Source: Phyllosticta citribraziliensis (Eukaryota). From it: 64,000 nucleotides of DNA. Position 1 is the first letter of the stretch. Each line of letters starts with the position of its first letter. Shown one piece after another: positions 50,947-62,639 of the stretch. The DNA lies in NCBI RefSeq assembly GCF_038025025.1, contig NW_027117342.1, positions 1,178,001-1,242,000 of the forward strand. The letters are read 5' to 3'. Below the pieces are notes generated by a model. That model was not told where the DNA came from. It did not search any database and saw nothing but the letters and a program-made list of their open reading frames with translations. A program made the position numbers and the translations under genes.

Positions 50947-52845
50947 ATGCGCTCTACCACTCTCTTTACGCTCGCTGCCTCGTCAGTGTCGTTCGCTGTT
51001 GGAATTTCTGGACCTGAATTCCATCAGCTCATCCCAAGAGAAGCTCAACTCAAAGCGGACGACCCCCTTCCAGGACCTCGACGGGGGAGCTTTGACCCCG
51101 TACCCCCCGAGCAGACTGAGGAGGAGAAGAGCCGTGCTGGCGAAATCAAGGACATGTTCAAGACCGCTTGGGATGGCTACTTCAAATATGCATTTCCTCG
51201 AGACGAGCTGAGACCTGCCAACAACTCGTTCCTCAACGAGTACAATGGATGGGCGTTGACACTGGTGGACGCGCTGGATACGGCGGCGCTGATGGGCTTT
51301 GACGACTTGGTTTCGACCAGCCTGGACTACATCCCGTCGATAAACTATTCGCGCGACTCCACCGACAAGGTGTGCAGCCTGTTCGAGACCAACATCCGCC
51401 ATCTCGGTGGCCTGCTCGCAGCACATGAGCTCTTCACAGGCCCGTTGGCCAACCTCGCAACCAACGTAAGTCGACGACCTGGTCGCACTGTTGTTCGCAC
51501 CGTCGAATTTGTCTTTCGCCATGATCGCCGCCACCCCGTATTCCACAAAGAGCTTATTAATGATCTACAAACTAACCTTAAATATTTTGGCTCCAGAAAT
51601 CCGAGCAAGTCGCGGCGCTTTTGACCCAAGCCCAAGCCGTCGCCGACACGCTCAAGTTTGGCTTCGACACGCCCACCGGCATTCCGCAGAACAATTTGTA
51701 CATTAATAACCGCTCGACGGACAATAGCACCGACAACAATATTGCGCAGGTCGGCACGCTGGTGCTTGAGTGGACCCGCCTCAGCGACAAGCTCGGCAAG
51801 GATGAATATGGCAAACTCGCGCAGAAGGGAGAGCAGTACATTCTCAAGCCGCAGCCGTCCAGTGGCGAGCCATATCCTGGCTTGGTTGGCATTGAGATCA
51901 ACATTACGACCGGCAGGTTTACCAGGGGGTTGGGCGGCTGGGTTGGTGGCGTTGACAGCTTCTATGAGTATCTGATGAAGATGTGGATTTATGATCAAGA
52001 CAGATTTTCCTTCTACAAGGACCGGTACGTTTCTCTATCCGGCTCTCAGACGACTCTTCTCGGAGTTTTCACCAAGTTCTAGAATTTTGAGCTAACCTGC
52101 CGGCAGATGGGTCACAGCCGTCGAGTCCTCCATCAAATATCTCGAGTCGCACCCCTCGTCGCGCCCCGACCTCACCTTCCTCGCACTCCATAACGAAACG
52201 CGCATCGTCGGCTACAGCCAACACCTCGCCTGCTTCGACGGCGGCAACTGGATCCTCGGCGGCCTCGCCCTCAAAGAGCCGCGCTACGTCGACTTCGGGC
52301 TGCAGCTCGTCGACGGCTGCGCCGCCATCTACAACGAAACAGAGACGGGCCTAGGGCCCAACATCTTCCGCTGGGATCCCGTCGGCACGCCTCCCGAGGC
52401 GACCAAGGTACCCGCCAACCAAACGTCCTTCTACCGGCGTGCAGGCTTCTGGATCGCGCAGCCCGGCTACGGGCTCGGGCCCGAGGTCGTCGAGAGCTTC
52501 TACCACGCGTGGCGCGCTACAGGCGACAAGAAGTACCAGGAGCTCATCTGGGGCGCGTTCCAGAGCATCAGGGAGTTCACCAAGGTCGGCAGCGGCTACA
52601 GCACCATTGAGGACGTTAACGGCAAGGTCGGCAGCGGCTATGGCAACTATCAGCCCTCTTTCTTCTTGGCCGAGACGCTCAAGTACATGTGGTTGGCGTT
52701 TACCCCGCAGAGCCCTGTCCACGTTAGCGGTGTTGAGGGCCCGGAGAGCCAGCAGTGGGTCTTCAATACTGAGGCCCATCCTGTCAAGGTGTTTAAGCCA
52801 AGGGATGGTGGACGCAGGCCCAAGAGAGACGTGCTCGAGGGATGA
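50947..52845 (+). CDS. GH47 class I alpha-1,2-mannosidase, secreted type, 3 exons
   Basis: Signal peptide, AWDGYFKYAFPRDELRP, LVDALDT, LFETNIRHLGGLL, DSFYEYLMK, HLACFDGG, PEVVES, FFLAETLKY, FNTEAHP. Confidence 0.94.
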
Positions 52846-53701
52846 TGGGCTTTCTGACGCATGCGTTTTGGGTGGTTATGATTGTATGTTCTAACGCTTG
52901 GACTTCGTGTCTGGTATATATTTTCTCATCGCCGTGGGAGCGCCAGGCGCGTCTGCGGTAATCAAAAAATTGTTTCTTTCCATGAACATACAGGCCTCTC
53001 TCGATTGTCAGTGAATCAGTCGCAATAGGAATGCCCACTGATGCGCTGATGTTGACGGGTTTTGAGAGATGGGACTTGCCCGAACGTTCTCGGGCAGACG
53101 CGCAAAAATGCTGGGCGGCAACGAAAGCATGTAAATCTTGGGTCTATAGAAGTGCTTGTCAGGAGGTTTTCGGCATTGACCCACACAGTCTCGAAGCGTT
53201 TGCTACATCTGTGCATGATGACTGGTCGACAGACAAGGTATTTGCCGCTAATTACTTGTCCTTCCTGGTTGTGTGATGAGAGCGTTGAACTGTTTGTAAG
53301 AATGAATAGATTTATAATTCAGACACCCTCCGTACGAAGCCTACAGCTCCACACGCTATGTGCTGTCCCTTGAAAAGGACTAAAAAATTACAAAAGCAAA
53401 GCGCAGAGGGGAAGTATAACCGACCATAGAGAGAAGAAAGGGGAGAAGCCGAAGCAACAAGAAGAGAATATGGCATTGGAAGCTGCTCCAAAAACAAACT
53501 CTTCCCGAGCGAGCGAGAACCTGAAAGTGGCCCACGGACCTGGTATACAACCAACCGACTCACACAAACTTTGTACAGATCCTGTCCCGAAACAAAGACG
53601 CCGCAGGTCAACTCCGCCTTACGCCGGTGTGGATATCTCGAACCAAAGATCAGTGGAAGGTGCAAATTCCTGGCAGGTGCAAACGGCAGTCAGACCTCGC
53701 T

Positions 53702-55254
53702 CTACCTAGGCGGCGTTGCTCTTGATTTGCCGCTCCTTTCTTTCGGCGGCGTCTCCCTCGACTTGCCGCTCCTCTCTCTCGGCGGCGTCTCCCTCGACTT
53801 GCCGCTCCTCTCCCTCGGCGGCGTTCTTGATTTGCCGCTTCTGCTGTCCATGGGTGGCGTCTTCGACTTGCTGCTCCGGCTGTCCATGGGCGGCGTTTTG
53901 GATTTCCCACTCCTTTCTCGCGGTGGCGTCTTGGAGTGCGTCACTGACCTGTCCTTCCTCCTCTTCGAATCCCGGGCCAAGAGGTTCCTCCTCCTTAAGT
54001 AGGTAAATTCTTCGCTCGCCATTCTCGCACCTTCCATCCGCGCTCTGATTTTGCGAAACGCAATGTCGCGACCAAAATTGGGGCTCCAGCTTTTGGGCTT
54101 CAGGTCGTTGTTGAATGGACTAAAGCCGCAATCGTCCGTGGCGCCAAGCTGGTCCACAGGAATGTAGATGCTTGCCTCGATGAGCAGGTCAGCGATCTCT
54201 TCAGGCTTCTCGACGTGTGGGGTGAGCGGGTTGATGACGCCGATAAAAGCGACGGGCCGCACGCCATCAAGTTCACGTGGCAGGTGTTTGCCGATCAGCC
54301 GAAAGAGGCGTTCCTGGTTCGGTTCCGATTTCATCTGCATCAGGAAGTAGCCCACCTTGATCCTGAGGAGCTTCGGCATGAGCGTGTAGTAAGACTGGAA
54401 GTCTGAGTGGCGCGTGTCGCAGTCGCCGCCCGGGCACGTGTGGAGCCCAATGTTACGGCGCTCGCGCGGCGTAAAGTGCGCCATCACGGCGTCGAGCAGC
54501 TCACAGAAGACGTCGATCAGATTTGGTGGTGATCCTGCTTGGCATGCGAATCGTCCTTCGGTAAAATCAATGGATACTCGGACGGCGCCGTATGCGAAGC
54601 AGCCCCGAATGTCCTTGACACACTCGCCAATGATGTCTTTAATAAACTGGTTCTTGGGGTAGCCGGGAACGTCGCCAACGTAGAGGAGGTACATCATGGA
54701 TGGTGCTATGACTGCGGCTTTCATGGGCTTTGTCGCAAATCTCGTGGATGCTCGTAACATGTCGTAGGCGTACGTTTTGTAGCGAAATGGGCCGCGAAGA
54801 AGGCGTGGTAGAGTCCGGGTGTGGCCATCCTGGAAACTGAGGGTGAAGCAATGTTCATCCACAATGAGATTGGGGCTGAGTCCAGTTCCATTCAGGGTGC
54901 TATACAGTGGTCAGAAATGGGCATCCTGTTGATGTGATGAATCTTACTCGGTCACGGGATATGTGGCAAAGGAGCTGGCTCTCTGTTCCCCATCGCTAAC
55001 ATATTGCTGTCCACTTCTTTCAAGATTTTCTATTGTATCCCTGACAGCCGCATCTTGCGCTCTCATCAAAGTGTCTTTTGAGCAAAGACCGTGGTCGTAG
55101 TGGGCATAGGTTTGTTGGAGGTCTTGAATAGCGTTAGACCGATGTTTCCGGGAAAGGCAGGTATTTTTGCCTGTACGCTAGTCGCATTTCCGGGAAGTTT
55201 CAACTTACGCATCGGACGAGGCAGCGAACCCACGTTCTCAGTCGGTATGAGCAT
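53702..55254 (-). CDS. Cobalamin-independent methionine synthase II family (MetE C-terminal 'core'-like) protein with C-terminal repeat extension; about 3 exons
   Basis: MLIPTENVGSLPRP, SDGEQRASSFATYP, DFTEGR, putative Zn ligands HTCPGGD and DDCGFSPF, AFRKIRARMEG. Confidence 0.85.
53705..53935 (-). repeat. Coding minisatellite, 7 imperfect 33-36 bp units encoding (GKS)(K/R)(E)TPP(RE/MDS)RS
   Basis: Repeated ggcggcgtctccctcgacttgccgctcct-like units within the 3' end of the MetE-like ORF. Confidence 0.92.
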
Positions 55255-56851
55255 GTCGCCGTCTGACCACGTGCCGAGGAGGTCCGGGCAGCGCGTTCCT
55301 CATCACTTGGCTGTTGAAGCGGGCAGTCTTGTCGGCTGACTCTGACCGTTGCCAGCATTGGACTCTGGCGGTGTGATGGGATACGGCGCTACTGTGAGGT
55401 TGAAAGTTGGCGGGACACTCCCGCAGACCAGAGCACATTGTAATTGCTTCGTGGAGGGCATGGAGCTTGATATATTAGCTGGCCGGTGGTGGCATTTTTA
55501 AGGTCAGATGCGGGCCATCTTAACACCATACAAGGAGCGCGCGGCGCCAACGCGGGACGCCGGACGACATTCCGCTACGTCTAAAAACGGACCTGGAGCA
55601 TAGCGCCCACGCGTGGGCGAGTCAAAGACCACGGGGACCCTGCTCGGAGGGCCTTTTTAACAGCCCCGTCGCTGGATTGCGCTTGAACATGGTGGTGGTT
55701 TCTGCATTTGACATGTACGTCATCAGAGCAAACAGGCTGGTTCGTATTCCGGAGCTTTTAAGCTGGTCAACCGGCTTGTGTGGAGCGGACCGAATCGTCG
55801 ATATGGTCCTGCAATCACATTAATTTCAGTGGAACACTTCAGCGCGGAAAAAGCCGCCAGACGGGTTCCTGGATATCCATTGATGCGACGATTGATGTGA
55901 CCAGGTCACCGGTATGGCATCCAAGACATGGACCGCAGGTATTTTGGGAGAGTGAGGGAAGAAAAGGGCCAGAAAACCGATGCGAAACCTGAGCGTCGTG
56001 GCAGAGTCAGCTCCCTGGGAAGAAAGTCTTCTAGAAAACGCCAAACCCTGCAGATGAGTTGACGTGAAGTCAGCTCGGCAACGCTCGGTAGTTGAGCACC
56101 AGAACATCCCCGCGCTCTCCGAAGCTTAAGACAGTGACGTGCACATGGCCTTTCTCCTCCTCCACCACCTACGGCACCACCCCGACTTTTCTGCAAATCC
56201 ATTCTTCTCGCGCGATTGCCGCGATTCAATTGCAAACGCTGCTCGTTGAGTACGACTTTTTCAGCTGACGATGGCGACATTGTTGTTGCCGACGGCAAGA
56301 CACGGAATGCGCCTCGCAAACGCTGCAGCTGGGCGTCAGGGCTTGGCTGAGGCGCTGTCAAACGACTGGAGGCCATTGAATTGATCCTCATGAGCGGCTA
56401 AACTATCGAGCCTTAGGCTGGGGGAGCCAAGCTGGATCATGCGAGGTCCATCTTTCGAGTCAGTCGTCGGCATCTCAACGAACCGCTATCACATGACACC
56501 GTCTTATCGTCTCTTTGCAGCCGTGTCTGTACCAAGATGACATCAATCAACCTATCCAAATCGATGGCGATGCTGATACGTCGGGTCTGTTGACGTCCAG
56601 ACTTATTCCCTGCCCGACCTTATATCAATCACGTGTCGAGGTACAAAAGAGCCAGGGTCTTGAAAAACGCTCTGATTTATGTGTCCGCCGGCAAAGGAAC
56701 AACAACGAATCGAGAAGCAGCCATGGCTTCTGTTTTCCTCCGGCATTCAAGATTGGTTTTCTTCGAATTACTTCCCTTCTCCACCAAAGTCAATAGCAAA
56801 ACAGCCAAGAATTTCAACAGTCGAGCTTCCAAGCGGCCTTGATCCCCAGCT

Positions 56852-57978
56852 TCAACTACCTGTCAGGACTGTCTCACTCTCCTTGAGCTGAACGAACGCC
56901 AAGGTCCTGTCCCAAAGCTCCTCTTGCTTTCCTGGATCGTCGGCAATCTCGTCTGCCTTTGCAAGCTCGCTCCCGTTCATGTAAGAATCCTTGAAGTTTT
57001 CCCCGAGGTCATTCTCACCCAGATCCAGCGCCGCTCTGATGACGTCGGCCGCTGATTTGGTAGTCGTGCGCCACAGCCCATTTGGCTTTATGTGTGCCAT
57101 CACTTGGTTGTAGGCCTGCATGATGGGTCCGCCGACGGCTCTGAGAAGGGCGGACGGCACTTTGGACAACAAATTTTGATGTATCATGGTGCCTGGGTTG
57201 ACTGCCACGATCCAAATGTTGGACAGATCTGGATTCGCGTCGAGCCGCCTCCGCAAGGCGTGCCTATTTTGTGAGTCGGGATCTTGTTTGGCTTTTGAGG
57301 TGTGCATGCTTACATGAACATGACCAGGCAAAGCTTTGATCTACCATAGCGCCTCATGCCGTCGTTCTTCTCATCTCCCGACCGGACTGTTGACTGTGGT
57401 TTCGACATTTCGACATAGTCCCACGGCAGCTTTTGCGGCTCATGCTTCTGAATCCTCGTCGGCCAAGACTCGTAGTGCGTCTCACTTGATATGTGGATTA
57501 TGCGGCCATGTTGTTTGTGGATGCTCCCCAGCAACATGAGGGTCAACAAGCAGTTTGCCAAGTAATTGACGCCAAATGCCGACTCAAATCCGTCATACGT
57601 CATTTTTCTTGACCCAAGCATCGAAAGTACTGCCGCATTGAGGATCAGAGCTCGGATGGGGGGCAACTCCCTCGCGGCGACCCGCGAGTTGACGTCGATG
57701 GCGAAAGCTCGAACGGAGTCCAAACGGCTCAAGTCGAGCTCGATGAGGCTCACATACTTGTTGCCCGATTTCTCCGCGATGAGGTCGCGCAATGGCTGAG
57801 CGTTTTGTGCGGACGACGACCGAACTGTGAAGAGACAGGTGAAGGGCTCCGGACACTGGAGAAGTTTGTCTGCAATGGCGAATCCAAGACCTCCAGCTGC
57901 CCCTGTCACGATGACCGTACCCGGTCCATCGGAGGTCACCTCGTGGGGAGGTATGATTGAATCTTGACGAGTTTGCAT
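56852..57978 (-). CDS. Short-chain dehydrogenase/reductase (WWOX/retinol-DH-like), 2 exons
   Basis: VIVTGAAGGLG, LDLSRLDSVRAF, LILNAA, FGVNYLAN, catalytic YGRSK, VNPG. Intron at ~57264-57313. Confidence 0.88.
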
Positions 57979-58814
57979 GCTGCTCCGTTGTGTTTGAACC
58001 GAGACCAAGAGTTGCAGAGAAAAGAGGTAGTGGCTCTGGCCACAGCCGGTCTTTTCAAGGTTTACGAAGCAAGCTTCAACCGGATGGTTTTCCGTGCCAA
58101 CCCGCGCCAAATTGGAGAGGCTTAACAACGGCACAGCAAGTGTCGTTCGGCAATTAATCAGCAGGCCTCTTTGCAGAGCTGATCAGGGAAAATTGAGCTG
58201 CCTCCTCGACTACTCGGATAGATGTGAATCCGGCTTTCCGTCTTGGGTATCGTCAGTCAATCTAGGGTGTTGCTACGTAGGCAGCTAAATGAGGAAGTTT
58301 ATGCGCCGGGCCGACCATTTTTCGCATCATAACCTTATTACGGCCACGCCTTACCCTTGTAGGCTAGAAGATTACGATCTTTGGAGCTGGATCCTCGTAC
58401 TCGCAGGTATAACACGAAAAATATTTGCTAGCCTCCAGCTGCGGTATATTCACTCCAATCACAAGGGCAACTATTCGCGAAAGGACGACTGCACGGTTTG
58501 GCACCAGAGCGTCCGGCTTGTGGCGCAGCAGGAGAGACAGGTCTTCAAGAGTTTATGATCCAAGAGATCCTTGGCAACGGCAAGCCCAGATGCTATCTCC
58601 AAAAAGGTTAGTTCCAGGGACGTCTTGAGCAAAAACGATCTAAGACAGGTGCGGTGATCGACGTCAATCGGCCCAGAGTTCCTCATAAGCTTAGATGTCG
58701 ATCAAAATTGGCTTTAAATTCACCAATGTCCATTTATTCAACTCCGTGGACTTTTGGATATTCGACAAGAAGAGCACCGGACTCCGGAAATGCCCAATGT
58801 TGCAAACAAGATTG

Positions 58815-60263
58815 CTAAGAACTTCCCCTCTTCCTCAAAGTCTGCACTACAATCGCAGCAGCAACGAAAGCACCGGCCGCAAGCAAGAAAACACCTCCAA
58901 ACACTTGAGCCTTGACGAAGCTCTTGGTCCCGGTATTCACAAGAGCACCGGCCGACGGGTTCCCAGCCAAGAGCCCAAAGGCACCGAGTCCGAACGACAT
59001 TCCGATACGAGTTCCAAGCTGCCTTGGATCCTTCGTGATTGATGCCAAAGAAAGAGGTGAAACAGAAAGGACGGCCCCAGAAGTGAAGCCGTAGAAAAAG
59101 GCGAACGCAATGCACTCTCTGATAGTGGTGACTGATATCCAGGCCAAGCAGGTGATGCCCGACAACATGCCAGCCACGAGGAACATGTTGATGGGTCCGA
59201 GATATGTCGCAAGTCCGCCACCCATCAAAAGACGACCAACCGTCGAACCGGCGTTCAAGATTGGAATAAGATAAAACATGATCGTCGCGTCGGCATTCAG
59301 CTTGACCTGAGCGAAGAGCTGGACCACGTAAAAAGGAACAAAGAGACCAACAATGCCTACGACGCTGGCCGATGTCAGGAGAGAGTAGACTGGGTCGCGG
59401 AAGTGCGACAAGTCGACAAGACTTCGCGTTGGTCCTTGACCGACGAAAGACGGTTTTCGCATGACGAGACACGGCACAGACATTACGACGAGGCTAATGA
59501 AGCCCATGATTCGAACAGCCCAGCCGAAGCCAATCTTTGGTTGGAGTTCGTGGAAGACGATTGGGTATATCACGCCCCCTGGAGTCAAAGTCAGCGGACG
59601 GACACGAAGATTTAGCCACATAACGTGCCTATTCCACTGCCGAGGGACGCAAGCGCCATCGCCATCGCCCGCCTGGAGGTAAAGTATGCCGGTACAACGG
59701 CGAGGCTGTTGGTGAACACCAGTCCGCTGCCGATTCCGACGGCGACTCCTTGAGACAGCATCAATTGCCAGTATGTGGTTGCGGCGCTCATGGTCATGAT
59801 TCCAAGAACCAACAAGGCAGTCCCAAAGCAATTCAGCGCATGCATGTGTCCCTTGTCGTACAGCGGGCCTGACAAGATTCCGATGAACATCATGAGAAAG
59901 CTTTGGAGCGAGCCTATCCACGCGATGTCGGATGTCGAGTAAGTGGGCAACAGCCTGAGCTTGTAATAAGCCTCAAAAACTCCGAAAGCCTGGATGATAC
60001 CCCTGTCGAAAAACGTGTTAGCCTCGTGGTTTACATTTCTTGGTATCCAGTGACAACATCTACAATAGGTGTACAAAGCTTTTGTCTTACCATGTCCCGA
60101 AATACAGACAAAAGGCTCCCAAAACCTGCAACCACGCCCTCAGGCCTCTGTTTGGAGGCACCCAGGCGGCTGATTGGGCCTGGTTTTTCTTCTCAGTGAT
60201 GTTGCTTCCGCCCGGACTTGACGGCGAGGTGGGCTCCTCGGGGTAAATCGACGCTTGAGACAT
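58815..60263 (-). CDS. MFS monocarboxylate-porter family transporter (Mch4/Mch5-like), 3 exons
   Basis: PPNRGLRAWLQVLGAF, WGIIQAFGVFEAYY, IAWIGSLQ, GPLYDKG, YFTSRRAMAMA, GFGWAVR, GTRIGM. Confidence 0.9.
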
Positions 60264-61270
60264 GTCTGCGCTTTTGCTCCGGAAAAAGAAACGCGAAAAC
60301 GCTTTTGAGGAGGAACGGACGACGAGGCCTTTCAAATACCTCCTTGACAGCGCGGAAGCGGGAAAGTACCATTTTTCAAACAAGCCTCCGTCTCTTCACG
60401 ATCAGCGGATCGACGGTTGTGCAAGGCTCGAGCAGCGAGGTAGAGTGGGTGGTGGGTGGTGACAATGCAGCCGCCCATGATTGCCTGCGTGCCTCTTCGC
60501 ATCCAGATTTAGTACAGGCGCCACGGTTGTAATTGTGCGCCGTGGGCCCCCAGCGGCGGGGAGGGGAGGGGAACGGGATGCACGAGACACCAAAGTGGCT
60601 TGCTCGAGCGAGGTCGTGATGGAGACGACCATCCATCTCGCAGAGCCACCACCCACAGAGCCTTTGATGGGGCTATTGTTCGCCCGCACACAACATGGCG
60701 GGGCCGTTAAGGGCACCAGCCAGCTGGGACTGCGGTCCGGCACCGTGTCTTGGAGCTTACCAGAAACACGCAGACGGAAGCTGAGGCAAGCGGTGGCTGT
60801 CCTTTCCTCCCACCTCAGCCTCGCTGTCACTTCTATCAGGTCGCCTCTACCCTCCTGGACGACGAGATTGCGCAGCCGGCGGCAGCGCTGACCCTGGGTG
60901 CTGGGACGTGATACGCGGTAGAGGCAGCGGGATGTGGTGGCACGACGCGACTCTTTGCTTTCCAAGGGCGACAATGCTGCGTGTGAGACGCGCCCTGCCC
61001 TGCCCTTTATGCTGACACGACGCATCGGGCACACCCGAGTTGGAGGTGGGGTCCGCTCGCAGTCTTAGCAAATCCTGAGCCATTGGTCCACCGTGAACGC
61101 GAGAGAGACGCGCAGCACGCATGCTACGAGCTGCTGGGCTGCTTTGGGGACATGGTCAGCACCGCACCAGCATCAGCAGCATTATCAGTTCCAACCTTGG
61201 GGATCGGCGTCTATCAATATCCACGGCCTTGGGTCGCAGCCCGCGAGCACGAAGAGGGGCCGCCGGCAGA

Positions 61271-61292
61271 CTGCTGCTGCTGCTGCTGCTGC
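61271..61292. repeat. Trinucleotide microsatellite (CTG)7; nearby (GGCA)n at ~61442-61472 and (CCA)6 at ~61819-61837
   Basis: Directly visible simple repeats in the P450-MFS intergenic region. Confidence 0.85.
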
Positions 61293-62639
61293 GACGACGG
61301 CAGCAGGTACGGACGGGAGAGGTAACGCTACACATGAGTATTTTTTCGCTTGACAGAAGTCGACAATGAAGCGAGTCGGAGAAAGCGATCTCTTGGCCGG
61401 CACGGCGCGACCCAGCATCTGGCGGCATGCCGTTTCCTGAAGGCAGACAGGCAAGCAGGCAGGCAGGCAAGCATTCAGGCATTTTCCAGCATGGCGCTCA
61501 TGACCAGACAAACGAGAGCGTAGCCATGCGCAGCTTCAGTTGGGTGGCCCTCCGCGTGATGACGGGACTTGGTCCTGGCCAGTAAGTCGACGGCAGGGTC
61601 GCTGCAGCAAATGGAATTTTGGCTAGCTTTGATGCATGCGCAGATCCGCGAGCCTTTCTTTTCCCCTCTCCGCTCTCCATTCGCCTCTGCGCCGCCCCCG
61701 GCAGCCAGCCATGAGCATGCAACACCTCTCTTGTCACCTGCACGTCCCGAAGCGAAAGCCTCGCGCGCCGCCAGCCACGACAGGGGTGTGGTCCATCTTT
61801 CGCCTGGATGCTCGACAACCACCACCACCACCACCACCTCATGATGACAGAACGCAGCGCCTCTGCCATGTGAAATCTCTTGCCGACGTATCCGGGCGTG
61901 GAAAAATCAAAGTAAAGCCCGACCTGACTTGAAGAACTATGCTTTCAAAAAATCAGCAAATGTCGACTGCAGATGGGGAGTCAATGACGCGAAATCGACC
62001 AAACAAAGCCCGCATGTGCAACCATCCAAGCCAATACAGTACACCCCCCACACTGCAAACTCCCCGACTGCATATGGTCCGCGAATGGACGCCAGCGGAG
62101 ATCATGATCAGCGAGCACATGCAACACCAAAAGAGGGCCAAGAAGAGAGAGGCGACGAAACGAGACGAGACGCAGCGATATGCAGTAACTAAGCGCCCGG
62201 CGACGGTGGGCCCCGTACATGAAGCTAGCAACTGCAAGGAAAGGTTCCGAACGACCCGGGACCCCATGCATTACATGCGCGCGGCGCAGCAGCAGGAAAG
62301 CAATAAACGTAAACCCCAAAAATCCAATGCTGCAAAATGACAACTATCCTCCGGACCGGACCGCGTTAGAAGCATGGATGTCCCATGTATTGGTATCGAA
62401 AATGCTTCAAGGTATCCTCCCGCTCTTGATGCAGTGTGACGAAGGAGAATCTCAAAGACAGGTGCACGCGTGTAATGCTTCTTGAGCAACAAATCAAAGA
62501 ACAGGCCCAATCGTGCAGGACAAACTGCTTGACCGACCGGGCAAGGCCGGATAATCGGCCGGACAGACGAACCCAAAGACGATACGAATATCAGACGAGA
62601 TGTCTGATACTACTGGCGCCGCCTCCTCTTCCTCTGCTT

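Noticed and set aside
53705..53935. 33-36 bp repeats as a possible CRISPR array
   Set aside because: Contiguous tandem units with no unique spacers, inside a fungal CDS, and no cas genes.
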